A DNA stretch of 64,000 nt, taken from Antedon mediterranea. Its lineage: Eukaryota; Animalia; Echinodermata. Shown here one piece after another: positions 1 to 11,062 of this stretch; the first letter of the stretch is position 1; each line of letters begins with the position of its first letter. Under the pieces are notes generated by a model, which was given only the letters and a program-made list of their open reading frames with translations, did not search any database and was not told the origin of the DNA. The stretch covers positions 22,506,001 through 22,570,000 of the forward strand of contig NC_092674.1 in NCBI RefSeq assembly GCF_964355755.1, given 5' to 3'. Made by a program: the position numbers and the translations under genes.

Positions 1-194
1 TGAATTAGTACACTGGGGTAACTACTTGTCTCGAAAGATGTACTAGGTTCTTTAAGCACACTGGACATAACGTGTATAGTCCTAATCCAAGAAGAATTGT
101 TCTACCACCCGAACAATGGAGCGAATGCAGCTCGAACCCTTGCCGATACTATGGTTACTGTATGTATTACATTTTCGCTGTCTTAACCACTCCA
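1..194 (-). mobile_element. tRNA-derived SINE, degenerate copy cut by the window edge
   Basis: Homologous to 14755-14975 (ctcgaaagatgtactaggttcttta, ctcgaacccttgccgat). Confidence 0.65.
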
Positions 195-484
195 TAAAAA
201 AGTTATTTATATGTATAATTTTAGTGAATAGATATAAAAAAAATGATTTTAACACAAGTTTTAAAAGATTTCAATTTGTTCTATCAGATGTTGCCATTAT
301 TTAGAAAACTCAAGCAACTCATACACTTTTTATAACTCATCATCTTGGTAATTTTTTTTAAAATAAAGTACCAATTTAAAGAGATTTAATTATGTAAATC
401 ATTTATTTATTTATTATTACTTGTATAGTGCACATTTATACAACATTTAATTATAAATCAGCAGCGTTTCACATCAATTAGTAT

Positions 485-682
485 CGTAACATTGTTTGAA
501 ATATAGTGCCTTTAAATGTTTTTAAATTGATTATTAGTCGTCTAAGTGTTTAATGTGACTTGGTAAACTGTTCCAAATTTTGGGTCGTGCTACGGCAAAC
601 GAACGGTCAGCAAATTTCTTTCGTTTAGTTCGTGGGATTGTCAGGTTAACATTGCTGGTGCTTGAACGTGTACTGCGAGAAA
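485..682 (-). mobile_element. 3' end fragment of an L2/CR1-group LINE ORF2 (duplicate at 7606-7803)
   Basis: Minus translation RSTRSSTSNVNLTIPRTKRKKFADRSFAVARPKIWNSLPSHIK matches the usual C-terminal RSF..P..WNSLP motif of these LINEs. Confidence 0.65.
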
Positions 683-1940
683 CATTAATTATAACTGATG
701 TCTCAAAATATTAGTATACAGTGACAGGGAGACGAAACATTTTGAGGTGCTGAAAATCACATAGCTATATTTAAAATTGAAATCTGCTGAAAATTTTCCA
801 CAAGATGAGGACAGAATAAACTTGAACATTAGAAATTTAAATAAAATATTTAAAAGATTTTTGAGATTTAAAATGTGCAAACAAAAATGGGATAAATTAA
901 AAGCTGACAATTTTTTTAATTTTTTTTTTGGGCAATGCCAGCCAGTATATATTGTTGTATATATACATTTTGATTTAAATAATCTTCATCTTTATAGTAT
1001 GATATTGATGGTTGATGGAAGTTACAAAAATAATCTTTTTACTGATCTTTTTTCTTATAAATAAAATTGTTTGTTTTTCTGATAAAAGAAATAGAAGTAG
1101 TTTTATTAAAAGAAGAAGATTATCCTATCACAAATAATTTACAATATTATGTATCGATCATTTTTATAATAAATAGAATTGGCATAAAATAACTTAATTT
1201 ATTTTTCTTGTCGAATGAAAAACTAGAATATAAATAGAAAATGGAACAAATTTCAAATTCTACAACCTATTTGTTTAAAACATTATGCATAAGGAAACTA
1301 TAAATTTTACAATTATATATTTTCAAAGAAAACAAGCATATTTCTACAGCTAATGGTCAGGCCTTGTCTTTTAAGGCGGGTGAGTGCGATCACTCACCTA
1401 AAACACTCCTAAACAGCCCTTGAGGAGTGCGATTTACAAGTTACAACACGCTTAAATACAAACAGCACACCTACAAGAGTGCAATTTGTAGCACACCTAT
1501 AATTTTCAAAAGATAAGGCCGGAATGGTATGATGTGCAATTTTCAGATTGAAAGTACTGTATACCATACACCTTTATCAATTGGGTATGACATCACAAGT
1601 ATAGTTGTTTTTCTAACTCCAAGAATATGTCTGCTGCACCTATAAGTTAGCATAAACCAGTACGCTAATATATACAACAATTTAAATAATGTAAACAAAG
1701 TAAAATCATACAAATTAGCTAAAAAAATTAAAGAAAAAAAAACGACTTGTTGTGCCAAAGATGCCATTAAATCCAATTTCCAAGTAACCTTCCAACATTA
1801 TCTTGTTTTACATATTTATTATTATTATTGCTTCCTGTAGTGTAACACAACATTGGAATAGTATTAAACAGAAAATGCTTAGGTTGTATGGAAGCAACAT
1901 CGTATTTGTATCAGGAAACGAAATACCACATCATATCACT

Positions 1941-4406
1941 ATGAATAAGTAAGTGCTGACATTTTCTCTTCAATCTATATCAAAACTCAAACATTTAAAT
2001 GTTAGCTACTTATTGACATGCCCTTTTTATTTCTAAAAATTAGACATTTCAAAGAATAAATGTCATATAGGCAAGTTAAAGCCCCATTCCCTACGTTTTT
2101 TAGATCTAATTTAAGATCACAAACTATATTTAATGTAAAAATAATACTATATGGTCCTATTGCGATAACTTTTTTCGTCTTTAAACGGTTAAAAATGTGA
2201 AAAATAAATCGATTCTAATAATTATAGCGGCCCGCTATAAATCCCAAAATGCATTGCGCGCGGATTGATATTTTTGTTTTTCACCTGTAATTCGCCCACT
2301 TTTCGATCGATCGTGAAGCCAAAACAAATGGAAGACTCCTAACTTTTCAGCGAAAATACCGGGTTTTCCCCAATTTGTATCAACGGAGTCTGGCAAAAAT
2401 AGAAAGACAATTAATGCAGCAACTATACAACGTCAGGCTAGGTATATAGCTAGCGTACGATGTTCGTACGTTATCGATGTTTACCAGCTAGGCCTACAAA
2501 ACTAAGCCTAGCTAGGCTAGGCCCAAGACCGTCCACGAGAGGTCGATCGCCGCGAGCTACTTAGGTAGTGCATTGTTTCTCACTTTTTATCATAATTTAC
2601 CATAAAACGTACATTTAAGACAAGGAATGACATGGTTTAATGTTTTTAAAGTGATATATATGTATTATTTTCCAAAAAACGTCCAAAATTGCAGGGAAGG
2701 GGTCTTTAAAGGGCTAGAAATTTATCAAAATCTAACTTAGTAAAATCAGCAACTTAACTAGTGTAGCAAGCAAATGTTTTGGTAAATTACAAGTTTGGTA
2801 GTTTGAATTTCGAGCAATGTAACTTGAGTAAAAGTATGGTGTGAACCATGATACAGTTAACCTAAAATAGTTGGTAACTTAACTAAGTTGTTGCATCGTC
2901 TGTCTGGAATCCTGTTGTGATATTTAACAGGCCTTGTTGAATTTATATCTTTCCAGGTAAGAAAAGTATACTGTGATATGTTTTTCTGTTTATTGTTTTA
3001 GCCTGGTAACTGGCATTCTCTATTTTCTATTGATTGAATCTACAATATATCAGTCATATGGATTCCCAAAATGTCACCCGTCGAGGTCAACTTGGAAGGA
3101 AACTGATGACCCAGCAGTATGTATAGTGGATAACAACAACCCAGCACCACAGTTTAGTATTAATGGTATAGAGGTTCCAAGCAATAGAATTAGTACTACA
3201 CGAAATGGCCCTACTACAGAACACCGATACCAACCATCACGATATGATAGTGGTCAAATTATGTTGTGTTCTGTTTTTGATAGCATGAATTGTACATTTG
3301 AATTCACAACAGTTGTCTACATGCCAAATGTTACGGTAACCAGGCTGTCACAGGATGAATTTTCATGTACTGTTGATGCAAACCCTTTGACTACTATTTT
3401 TTGGACCTCTGACCCAGATTACATCCTTCGATTTACAAACAAGGGAAATACCAAAACTCATTCTTCCAAGTCTGTTTTAATTGTAAATGACCCATCCAGG
3501 ATTTCAGATGACACAACTTTTACATGTTCTATGAGTAATGACATGGGATATGATAGTGTGACAATATCATATAAGACTATGACATCAACAACTGAAATTA
3601 ACACTGACGAAGAAAATGTTACTATTGAAAACGTAGGCCTATCCACAAGCACGCGGTTTCCTTTAACCAAAAACCCTAATGACAGCCGCGGTTCACCAAC
3701 TGTTAATTGGACAGTTGCAAAAAGTGAGAATACGTCTACCTCTAAGAAATCAATATCTTTGTTGATGATATTAGCAATCATTGGCGGTATATTATGTTTG
3801 TTAATATTAGTGTTAATTGGTTTGCACATTCACAAACACTCTTATGACAGTCGCCGCAATACCGAAACCAAAAACGATGAAAATTCAGACCCTATTTATG
3901 CAGAGTTAAACATAATTAATATACCGCAAAATAACACAGAACAAAATTATACTTCAGTAATAGACCCTGTTGCTACAACGAGTATTATCAGCAACCATTA
4001 TGAACAATTGCCAGAAATTATTTCTAATCACGTAGAAACTCCAAGTGATCCAACACTTGAACAGTCTTCGTTCAATGATTCTGAGTGTGTAGACCAAGTT
4101 GAATGTACTATTCAAGAGCTGGACAGTACCCCGTCAGAAAACAGTCCAGAGGAAGCGCCCTCATACTTTGTACTCGAGAAAGATGATGAGGAAGAGGAAA
4201 ATGTTACTATTTATGAAGATATTAATGATAAACAAATTAATAACAATCAAAACGATGATAATGATTTGGATGATCAAAGACGTCTTAGTTCTACAGTACC
4301 GGCGGATGACAGTAATATTTATGCTGAAATTGGAAATATTAGTAAAGACTTTGTAGACCATGAAAATGAGATATATGAATCTATTGAAGCCAAGACACAA
4401 GAGTAA
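1941..4406 (+). CDS. Ig-superfamily type I membrane receptor, long-tailed copy A (2 Ig-like domains, Ser/Thr stalk, TM, tyrosine-motif tail), about 470 aa
   Basis: Predicted exon 1 1941-1948 (ATGAATAA|GTAAGT) splices in frame to ttattgttttag|3002-4406, giving signal peptide MNNLVTGILYFLLIESTIYQSYG. Ig motifs CIVDNNNPAP..DSGQIMLC and CTVDANP..W..FTCSMSN. TM ISLLMILAIIGGILCLLILVLIGL. Tail with YAEL, YTSV, YEQL, YFVL, YEDI, YAEI, YESI. Confidence 0.85.
2080..2705. mobile_element. Non-autonomous DNA transposon, Kolobok-like (TTAA TSD, AG..CT ends), in the receptor intron; duplicate at 9201-9826
   Basis: TTAA 2076-2079 and 2706-2709; imperfect TIR AGCCCCATTCCCTAC / GCAGGGAAGGGGTCT. Confidence 0.65.
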
Positions 4407-5353
4407 TAAGTACCTTTTTGTTTTTTGGCAGACTTAAAAACATTAAAAACATTTAATGATAATTAAATTTGAGGAAATCGTTTCTTTTATTTAACATTTT
4501 TGTATATCTGCTATGGAGATTTCATTGGGAACATCTCAGGTTTGTTGTTCTCAGTTGCCCCTGGATTTTGTATCCCAGGTCTCGGCAGGTTAAAAGTGTG
4601 AATATATCTACAATTTCTCATCCCTATTTATGGTTTTGACCTTTTTTCTAATGGTGATGACATCATTCATCTGCTTCATAAACAAATACTGCTTTAATAA
4701 TAATTTACTTTAAATGATTAGGTCTATTATTGGTCTGTTATAGCTGACATTAGACGGAGAACAACAAAAATCCGACGGGAGGTTGCATCGTTTTATCCCA
4801 CCATAATAATTACAACTATAACACAATTCTGAATATCACTGTATTACTGTGCATCTTCCTATAATATTAATAATGTTGTAGAGTTATTATTTATAATATA
4901 TTTTTCTTTTAGTTTATTTCCTATATGAAATTTCTTAATCCGATAATATTATTAATAATTTTTGGCTGTGAAAACATTACAGCTTATACAACATTTTTAC
5001 CATCTGTTATAATTTACGATAAAAAAAAACCCAGTTCTAACATCATAAAATTAGGTTAGAAATTATTCATGGTTGACTCATGAAACTACATCATTGTGAA
5101 ACAATAGAAGGTTAAAGAGTAACATAATTATTTGGCCTGTTTTTACCGCCTGCAAATAACTGGTTAAATTGAGTGTGGCTACTTGGAAGTAGAAACGGTG
5201 TTTAAAATGGCATTCTTAAAATTAATGACACCAAAATGCTTGCCATTTATTTATTTATTCTGTTTATTTATTCAGGTTTATAGTAAAAATATGCAGTCAG
5301 GAAGGCTGAAATTGTTGATTTACAAAAATATATATATATATATATATATATTT

Positions 5354-5390
5354 GCACTGATGAAGGGCTAGTGTTGCCTGAAAGCTCTGC
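5354..5390 (+). ncRNA. Minimal type I hammerhead ribozyme motif (Penelope-like element type)
   Basis: GCA-CUGAUGA-A-GGGC(uaguguu)GCCU-GAA-AGCU-C-UGC: catalytic core, stem II, palindromic AGCU stem III, UC cleavage site (after 5387), stem I GCA/UGC. Confidence 0.7.
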
Positions 5391-5515
5391 TAACTTTTCT
5401 GGCTGTTTACTTTATCGTTTTGATTTAGCTTTTCGCTTTTTATTTTTGTATCTCCATTGAGATCCAGCCACTGATACCCACAGCATTGTCATTTTTTTCA
5501 GTAATTTGCCTTTGG

Positions 5516-5519
<4 letters not shown>
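5354..5519 (+). mobile_element. About 165-bp hammerhead-bearing repeat (Penelope-like terminal-repeat remnant) between (TA)n tracts
   Basis: Highly similar to 41069-41237; (TA)n on both sides. Confidence 0.6.
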
Positions 5520-5551
<32 letters not shown>

Positions 5552-5861
5552 AATTACAAATGTATACTATATAAAATAAGTTTGATCAAATATTTAAAAT
5601 TTTATAAAAAAATACAATTTTTAAAAGACAGTTAAAAGTTGAGTTAAATCTTCTATAAAATTTAAATAAAAAATGCATATTATAAATAGCTTCGCAGCGT
5701 GTGATCAATTTAATTACTGTTTAAATTTAGGATTCTACTTATAGTAAAGGCAGGCGAGGTCTTAAGATGGTTGGTCCTATTAACAGGTACATTAAATAGG
5801 GGTTTATCTACCAAGGTTGATGTAAGCTCTCTAGTAATAATGCGGTAGTCAAGCAGAATAA

Positions 5862-6257
5862 AGGCCCATTTACACTAGGACAATAACGATGGACGATAAA
5901 TATATAAACATGCATTTTTTTTACATAAAACAAAATAAATTAGAAAGGTTTTCGTTCTAGAACTATAGGATAATCATTTATGCTGTCTTTGATAATAATA
6001 ATATTTTTAAAATTCCAATCAAATGACGTCATGATAAATAAAAACAATAAAATCGTTGTATTGTCACGATATTATTGCTCTTACTAATCATGACGTCATT
6101 GATTGGACGTGTGAAAATATCATTTTCATCAAAGGAAGCATAGAAGGTTATTCTATAGTTCTAGAATGAACAGTTTTTATATTTCTTTTGTTTTATGTAT
6201 GAAAAATGCATTTGTCTATTTATCGTCGATCGTTATCGTCCTAGTGTAAATGGGTCT
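5862..6257. mobile_element. About 400-bp foldback MITE, PIF/Harbinger-like
   Basis: Arms AGGCCCATTTACACTAGGACAATAACGAT.. / ..ATCGTTATCGTCCTAGTGTAAATGGGTCT; inverted similarity continues almost to the centre; flanks TAA/TGA. Confidence 0.7.
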
Positions 6258-6810
6258 TGACCGATAATTAACATTTATAGGTAAAGCACCAAATTCATAC
6301 AGCTTTGCTGATTTTTTTTTTCTTTTTGGCTTCTCAAATAACTTGTGTTTCCCCCTCTTCCTAATGATACAAAATGGATCAGTTACCGGAATTCAGTTTT
6401 TATTCCCAGCAGAAGAAACATGTCCTTAGATCCTTCTGGATAATATAATATATTTGTATTAAATTGAATTACAAGTTTAAATAATGCTATAGTAAATCAA
6501 ATGTAAATAATTTGCCATATTTATTTGTCATATTTATGTTATGATTTATCAATATTAATAATGATTTTAACAGTGACTTATTTGTGTCATTTATTTTAAT
6601 ATTTTTTACCTCAAATGTAATTTAGATTACAGATTGTAAGATTTGATGACAAACCTTATAATTTAATTTTGAGTAAATATCGTATAAAATGGTATGGATT
6701 TACTATTTAATGTAATAAGGTGTAAAGTTTATTTCCTAATTCTAAATCTTCATCATCGTAATTTCTACAATCAACATATTGATTATTACGAAACAAGATG
6801 CCTACTTTAA

Positions 6811-7092
6811 AGATGTATTGTCCCCCAAAAACATGAAAAATGAAGATTAATTAAATCAGACTTTGAATAGGTTATTTTGTAGTTTTAATTAAGTTAATTA
6901 CTTCCGTAGAAAAAAAAAACCGAAAAAATTTTCAATTTGACCATTTTTTGCTTTAAATTCCAGTTTTTTCAGGTAAATAAATTTGTTTTGGATTCAATTT
7001 TTAGTCGAAGTCAATAACTATTATGTGACATTAGAATGGCATACTCAACAACAAAAATTTTATAAATTATTTTTCAGGGAGACAATACATCT
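6811..7092. mobile_element. 282-bp MITE with TTAA TSD (Kolobok-like); relatives at about 36930-37071, 59650-61371 (interrupted) and 63535-63816
   Basis: TTAA-AGATGTATTGTCCCC ... GGAGACAATACATCT-TTAA; shared internal cagactttgaatagg. Confidence 0.75.
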
Positions 7093-7096
7093 TTAA

Positions 7097-7315
7097 GTAG
7101 TGGCTGTGTGTGACAGTGGTGTGAATTAGTACACTGGGGTAACTACTTGTCTCGAAAGATGTACTAGGTTCTTTAAGCACACTGGACATAACGTGTATAG
7201 TCCTAATCCAAGAAGAATTGTTCTACCACCCGAACAATGGAGCGAATGCAGCTCGAACCCTTGCCGATACTATGGTTACTGTATGTATTACATTTTCGCT
7301 GTCTTAACCACTCCA
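7097..7315 (-). mobile_element. tRNA-derived SINE, degenerate copy
   Basis: Homologous to 14724-14975. Confidence 0.65.
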
Positions 7316-10300
7316 TAAAAAAGTTATTTATATGTATAATTTTAGTGAATAGATATAAAAAAAATGATTTTAACACAAGTTTTAAAAGATTTCAATTTGT
7401 TCTATCAGATGTTGCCATTATTTAGAAAACTCAAGCAACTCATACACTTTTTATAACTCATCATCTTGGTAATTTTTTTTAAAATAAAGTACCAATTTAA
7501 AGAGATTTAATTATGTAAATCATTTATTTATTTATTATTACTTGTATAGTGCACATTTATACAACATTTAATTATAAATCAGCAGCGTTTCACATCAATT
7601 AGTATCGTAACATTGTTTGAAATATAGTGCCTTTAAATGTTTTTAAATTGATTATTAGTCGTCTAAGTGTTTAATGTGACTTGGTAAACTGTTCCAAATT
7701 TTGGGTCGTGCTACGGCAAACGAACGGTCAGCAAATTTCTTTCGTTTAGTTCGTGGGATTGTCAGGTTAACATTGCTGGTGCTTGAACGTGTACTGCGAG
7801 AAACATTAATTATAACTGATGTCTCAAAATATTAGTATACAGTGACAGGGAGACGAAACATTTTGAGGTGCTGAAAATCACATAGCTATATTTAAAATTG
7901 AAATCTGCTGAAAATTTTCCACAAGATGAGGACAGAATAAACTTGAACATTAGAAATTTAAATAAAATATTTAAAAGATTTTTGAGATTTAAAATGTGCA
8001 AACAAAAATGGGATAAATTAAAAGCTGACAATTTTTTTAATTTTTTTTTTGGGCAATGCCAGCCAGTATATATTGTTGTATATATACATTTTGATTTAAA
8101 TAATCTTCATCTTTATAGTATGATATTGATGGTTGATGGAAGTTACAAAAATAATCTTTTTACTGATCTTTTTTCTTATAAATAAAATTGTTTGTTTTTC
8201 TGATAAAAGAAATAGAAGTAGTTTTATTAAAAGAAGAAGATTATCCTATCACAAATAATTTACAATATTATGTATCGATCATTTTTATAATAAATAGAAT
8301 TGGCATAAAATAACTTAATTTATTTTTCTTGTCGAATGAAAAACTAGAATATAAATAGAAAATGGAACAAATTTCAAATTCTACAACCTATTTGTTTAAA
8401 ACATTATGCATAAGGAAACTATAAATTTTACAATTATATATTTTCAAAGAAAACAAGCATATTTCTACAGCTAATGGTCAGGCCTTGTCTTTTAAGGCGG
8501 GTGAGTGCGATCACTCACCTAAAACACTCCTAAACAGCCCTTGAGGAGTGCGATTTACAAGTTACAACACGCTTAAATACAAACAGCACACCTACAAGAG
8601 TGCAATTTGTAGCACACCTATAATTTTCAAAAGATAAGGCCGGAATGGTATGATGTGCAATTTTCAGATTGAAAGTACTGTATACCATACACCTTTATCA
8701 ATTGGGTATGACATCACAAGTATAGTTGTTTTTCTAACTCCAAGAATATGTCTGCTGCACCTATAAGTTAGCATAAACCAGTACGCTAATATATACAACA
8801 ATTTAAATAATGTAAACAAAGTAAAATCATACAAATTAGCTAAAAAAATTAAAGAAAAAAAAACGACTTGTTGTGCCAAAGATGCCATTAAATCCAATTT
8901 CCAAGTAACCTTCCAACATTATCTTGTTTTACATATTTATTATTATTATTGCTTCCTGTAGTGTAACACAACATTGGAATAGTATTAAACAGAAAATGCT
9001 TAGGTTGTATGGAAGCAACATCGTATTTGTATCAGGAAACGAAATACCACATCATATCACTATGAATAAGTAAGTGCTGACATTTTCTCTTCAATCTATA
9101 TCAAAACTCAAACATTTAAATGTTAGCTACTTATTGACATGCCCTTTTTATTTCTAAAAATTAGACATTTCAAAGAATAAATGTCATATAGGCAAGTTAA
9201 AGCCCCATTCCCTACGTTTTTTAGATCTAATTTAAGATCACAAACTATATTTAATGTAAAAATAATACTATATGGTCCTATTGCGATAACTTTTTTCGTC
9301 TTTAAACGGTTAAAAATGTGAAAAATAAATCGATTCTAATAATTATAGCGGCCCGCTATAAATCCCAAAATGCATTGCGCGCGGATTGATATTTTTGTTT
9401 TTCACCTGTAATTCGCCCACTTTTCGATCGATCGTGAAGCCAAAACAAATGGAAGACTCCTAACTTTTCAGCGAAAATACCGGGTTTTCCCCAATTTGTA
9501 TCAACGGAGTCTGGCAAAAATAGAAAGACAATTAATGCAGCAACTATACAACGTCAGGCTAGGTATATAGCTAGCGTACGATGTTCGTACGTTATCGATG
9601 TTTACCAGCTAGGCCTACAAAACTAAGCCTAGCTAGGCTAGGCCCAAGACCGTCCACGAGAGGTCGATCGCCGCGAGCTACTTAGGTAGTGCATTGTTTC
9701 TCACTTTTTATCATAATTTACCATAAAACGTACATTTAAGACAAGGAATGACATGGTTTAATGTTTTTAAAGTGATATATATGTATTATTTTCCAAAAAA
9801 CGTCCAAAATTGCAGGGAAGGGGTCTTTAAAGGGCTAGAAATTTATCAAAATCTAACTTAGTAAAATCAGCAACTTAACTAGTGTAGCAAGCAAATGTTT
9901 TGGTAAATTACAAGTTTGGTAGTTTGAATTTCGAGCAATGTAACTTGAGTAAAAGTATGGTGTGAACCATGATACAGTTAACCTAAAATAGTTGGTAACT
10001 TAACTAAGTTGTTGCATCGTCTGTCTGGAATCCTGTTGTGATATTTAACAGGCCTTGTTGAATTTATATCTTTCCAGGTAAGAAAAGTATACTGTGATAT
10101 GTTTTTCTGTTTATTGTTTTAGCCTGGTAACTGGCATTCTCTATTTTCTATTGATTGAATCTACAATATATCAGTCATATGGATTCCCAAAATGTCACCC
10201 ATTGAGGTCAACTTGGAAGGAAACTGATGACCCAGCACTATGTATAGTGGCTAACAACCACCCAGCCCCAAAGTTTAGTATTAATGGTACAGGGGTTCCA

Positions 10301-11062
10301 AGCAATAGAATTAGTACTACACGCAACGGACCTACTGCAGAATACCGGTACCAACCATCACGATATGATAGTGGTCAAATTATGTTGTGTTCTGTTTTTG
10401 ATAGCATGAATTGTACATTTGAATTCACAACAGTTATCTACAAGCCAAATGTTACGGTAACCAGGCTGTCACAGGATGAATTTTTGTGTACTGTTGATGC
10501 AAACCCTTTGACTACTATTTTTTGGACCTCTGACCCAGGATACATCATTCGATTTACAAATAAGGGAAATACCAAAACTCATTCTTCCAAGTCTGTTTTA
10601 ATTGTAAATGACCCATCTAGGATTTCGGATGACACAACTTTTACCTGTTCTATGAGAAATGAAATTGGAAATGATAGTGTGACAATATCATATAAGACTA
10701 TAACATCAACAACTAAAATAAACACTGACGAAGAAAATGTTATAATTGAAAACATATCCACAAACACACTGTTTCCTTCAAACAAAAACCCTAATGACAG
10801 CCGCGGTTCACAAACTGTTAACTGGACAGTTGCAAAAATTGAGTCAATTTCTCCCAAATCGCTACCCATTTTGATGATAATAGTAGGAAGAGGTCTTTTA
10901 ATATTAGTGCTGGTTGCTTTATACATTTACAAACTATGTAACAGTCGCCAAAACACTGAGTCCAAAAAATGATAAGAATTCAGACCCTATTTATGACTTA
11001 AAAATATATGCGGCAAAATAACAATCCAAACATTTATTTCTGCATAGAACCTGTTGTTACCT
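7122..11062 (+). repeat. Segmental tandem duplication, copy 2 (identical to 10200, diverging homology to about 11062)
   Basis: Direct comparison with 1 to about 3980. Confidence 0.92.
9062..10972 (+). CDS. Ig-superfamily type I membrane receptor, short-tailed paralog B (Arg in TM, 13-aa tail), about 285 aa; could be a truncated pseudogene
   Basis: Same structure at offset 7121 (exons 9062-9069 and 10123-10972). Ectodomain closely similar to copy A. TM LPILMIIVGRGLLILVLVALYIY, stop TGA 10970-10972. Confidence 0.75.

Larger units (their letters stand above)
1..3079 (+). repeat. Segmental tandem duplication, copy 1 of the identical block (probably starts left of the window)
   Basis: Matches 7122-10200 with no mismatch found by eye; ORF-track translations are identical at offset 7121. 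First mismatch at 3080/10201. Confidence 0.95.

Noticed and set aside
2973-3001. ORF-track starts at GTG 2973 and 10094
   Set aside because: Non-ATG start inside a polypyrimidine tract ending in AG at 3001; better explained as intron with an upstream ATG exon.
3080-3230. Positive selection on Ig domain 1 between copies A and B
   Set aside because: My count is 9 nonsynonymous and 6 synonymous changes, which per site does not exceed neutrality.
4315-4386. ITAM formed by YAEI and YESI
   Set aside because: The spacer is 14 residues, longer than the usual 6-12; kept only as separate YxxI motifs.
3458-4400. Antisense and alternate-frame ORFs over the Ig genes (also 10579-10926 and 47173-47754) and most other 60-100 aa ORFs
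   Set aside because: Shadows of real coding exons or chance ORFs in AT-rich and repeat DNA.
10964-10972. Short tail of copy B as merely a homopolymer sequencing error
   Set aside because: Removing one A extends the frame only to NSDPIYDLKIYAAK-stop and homology ends near 11062, so the long tail is absent either way, although two tyrosines would be restored.
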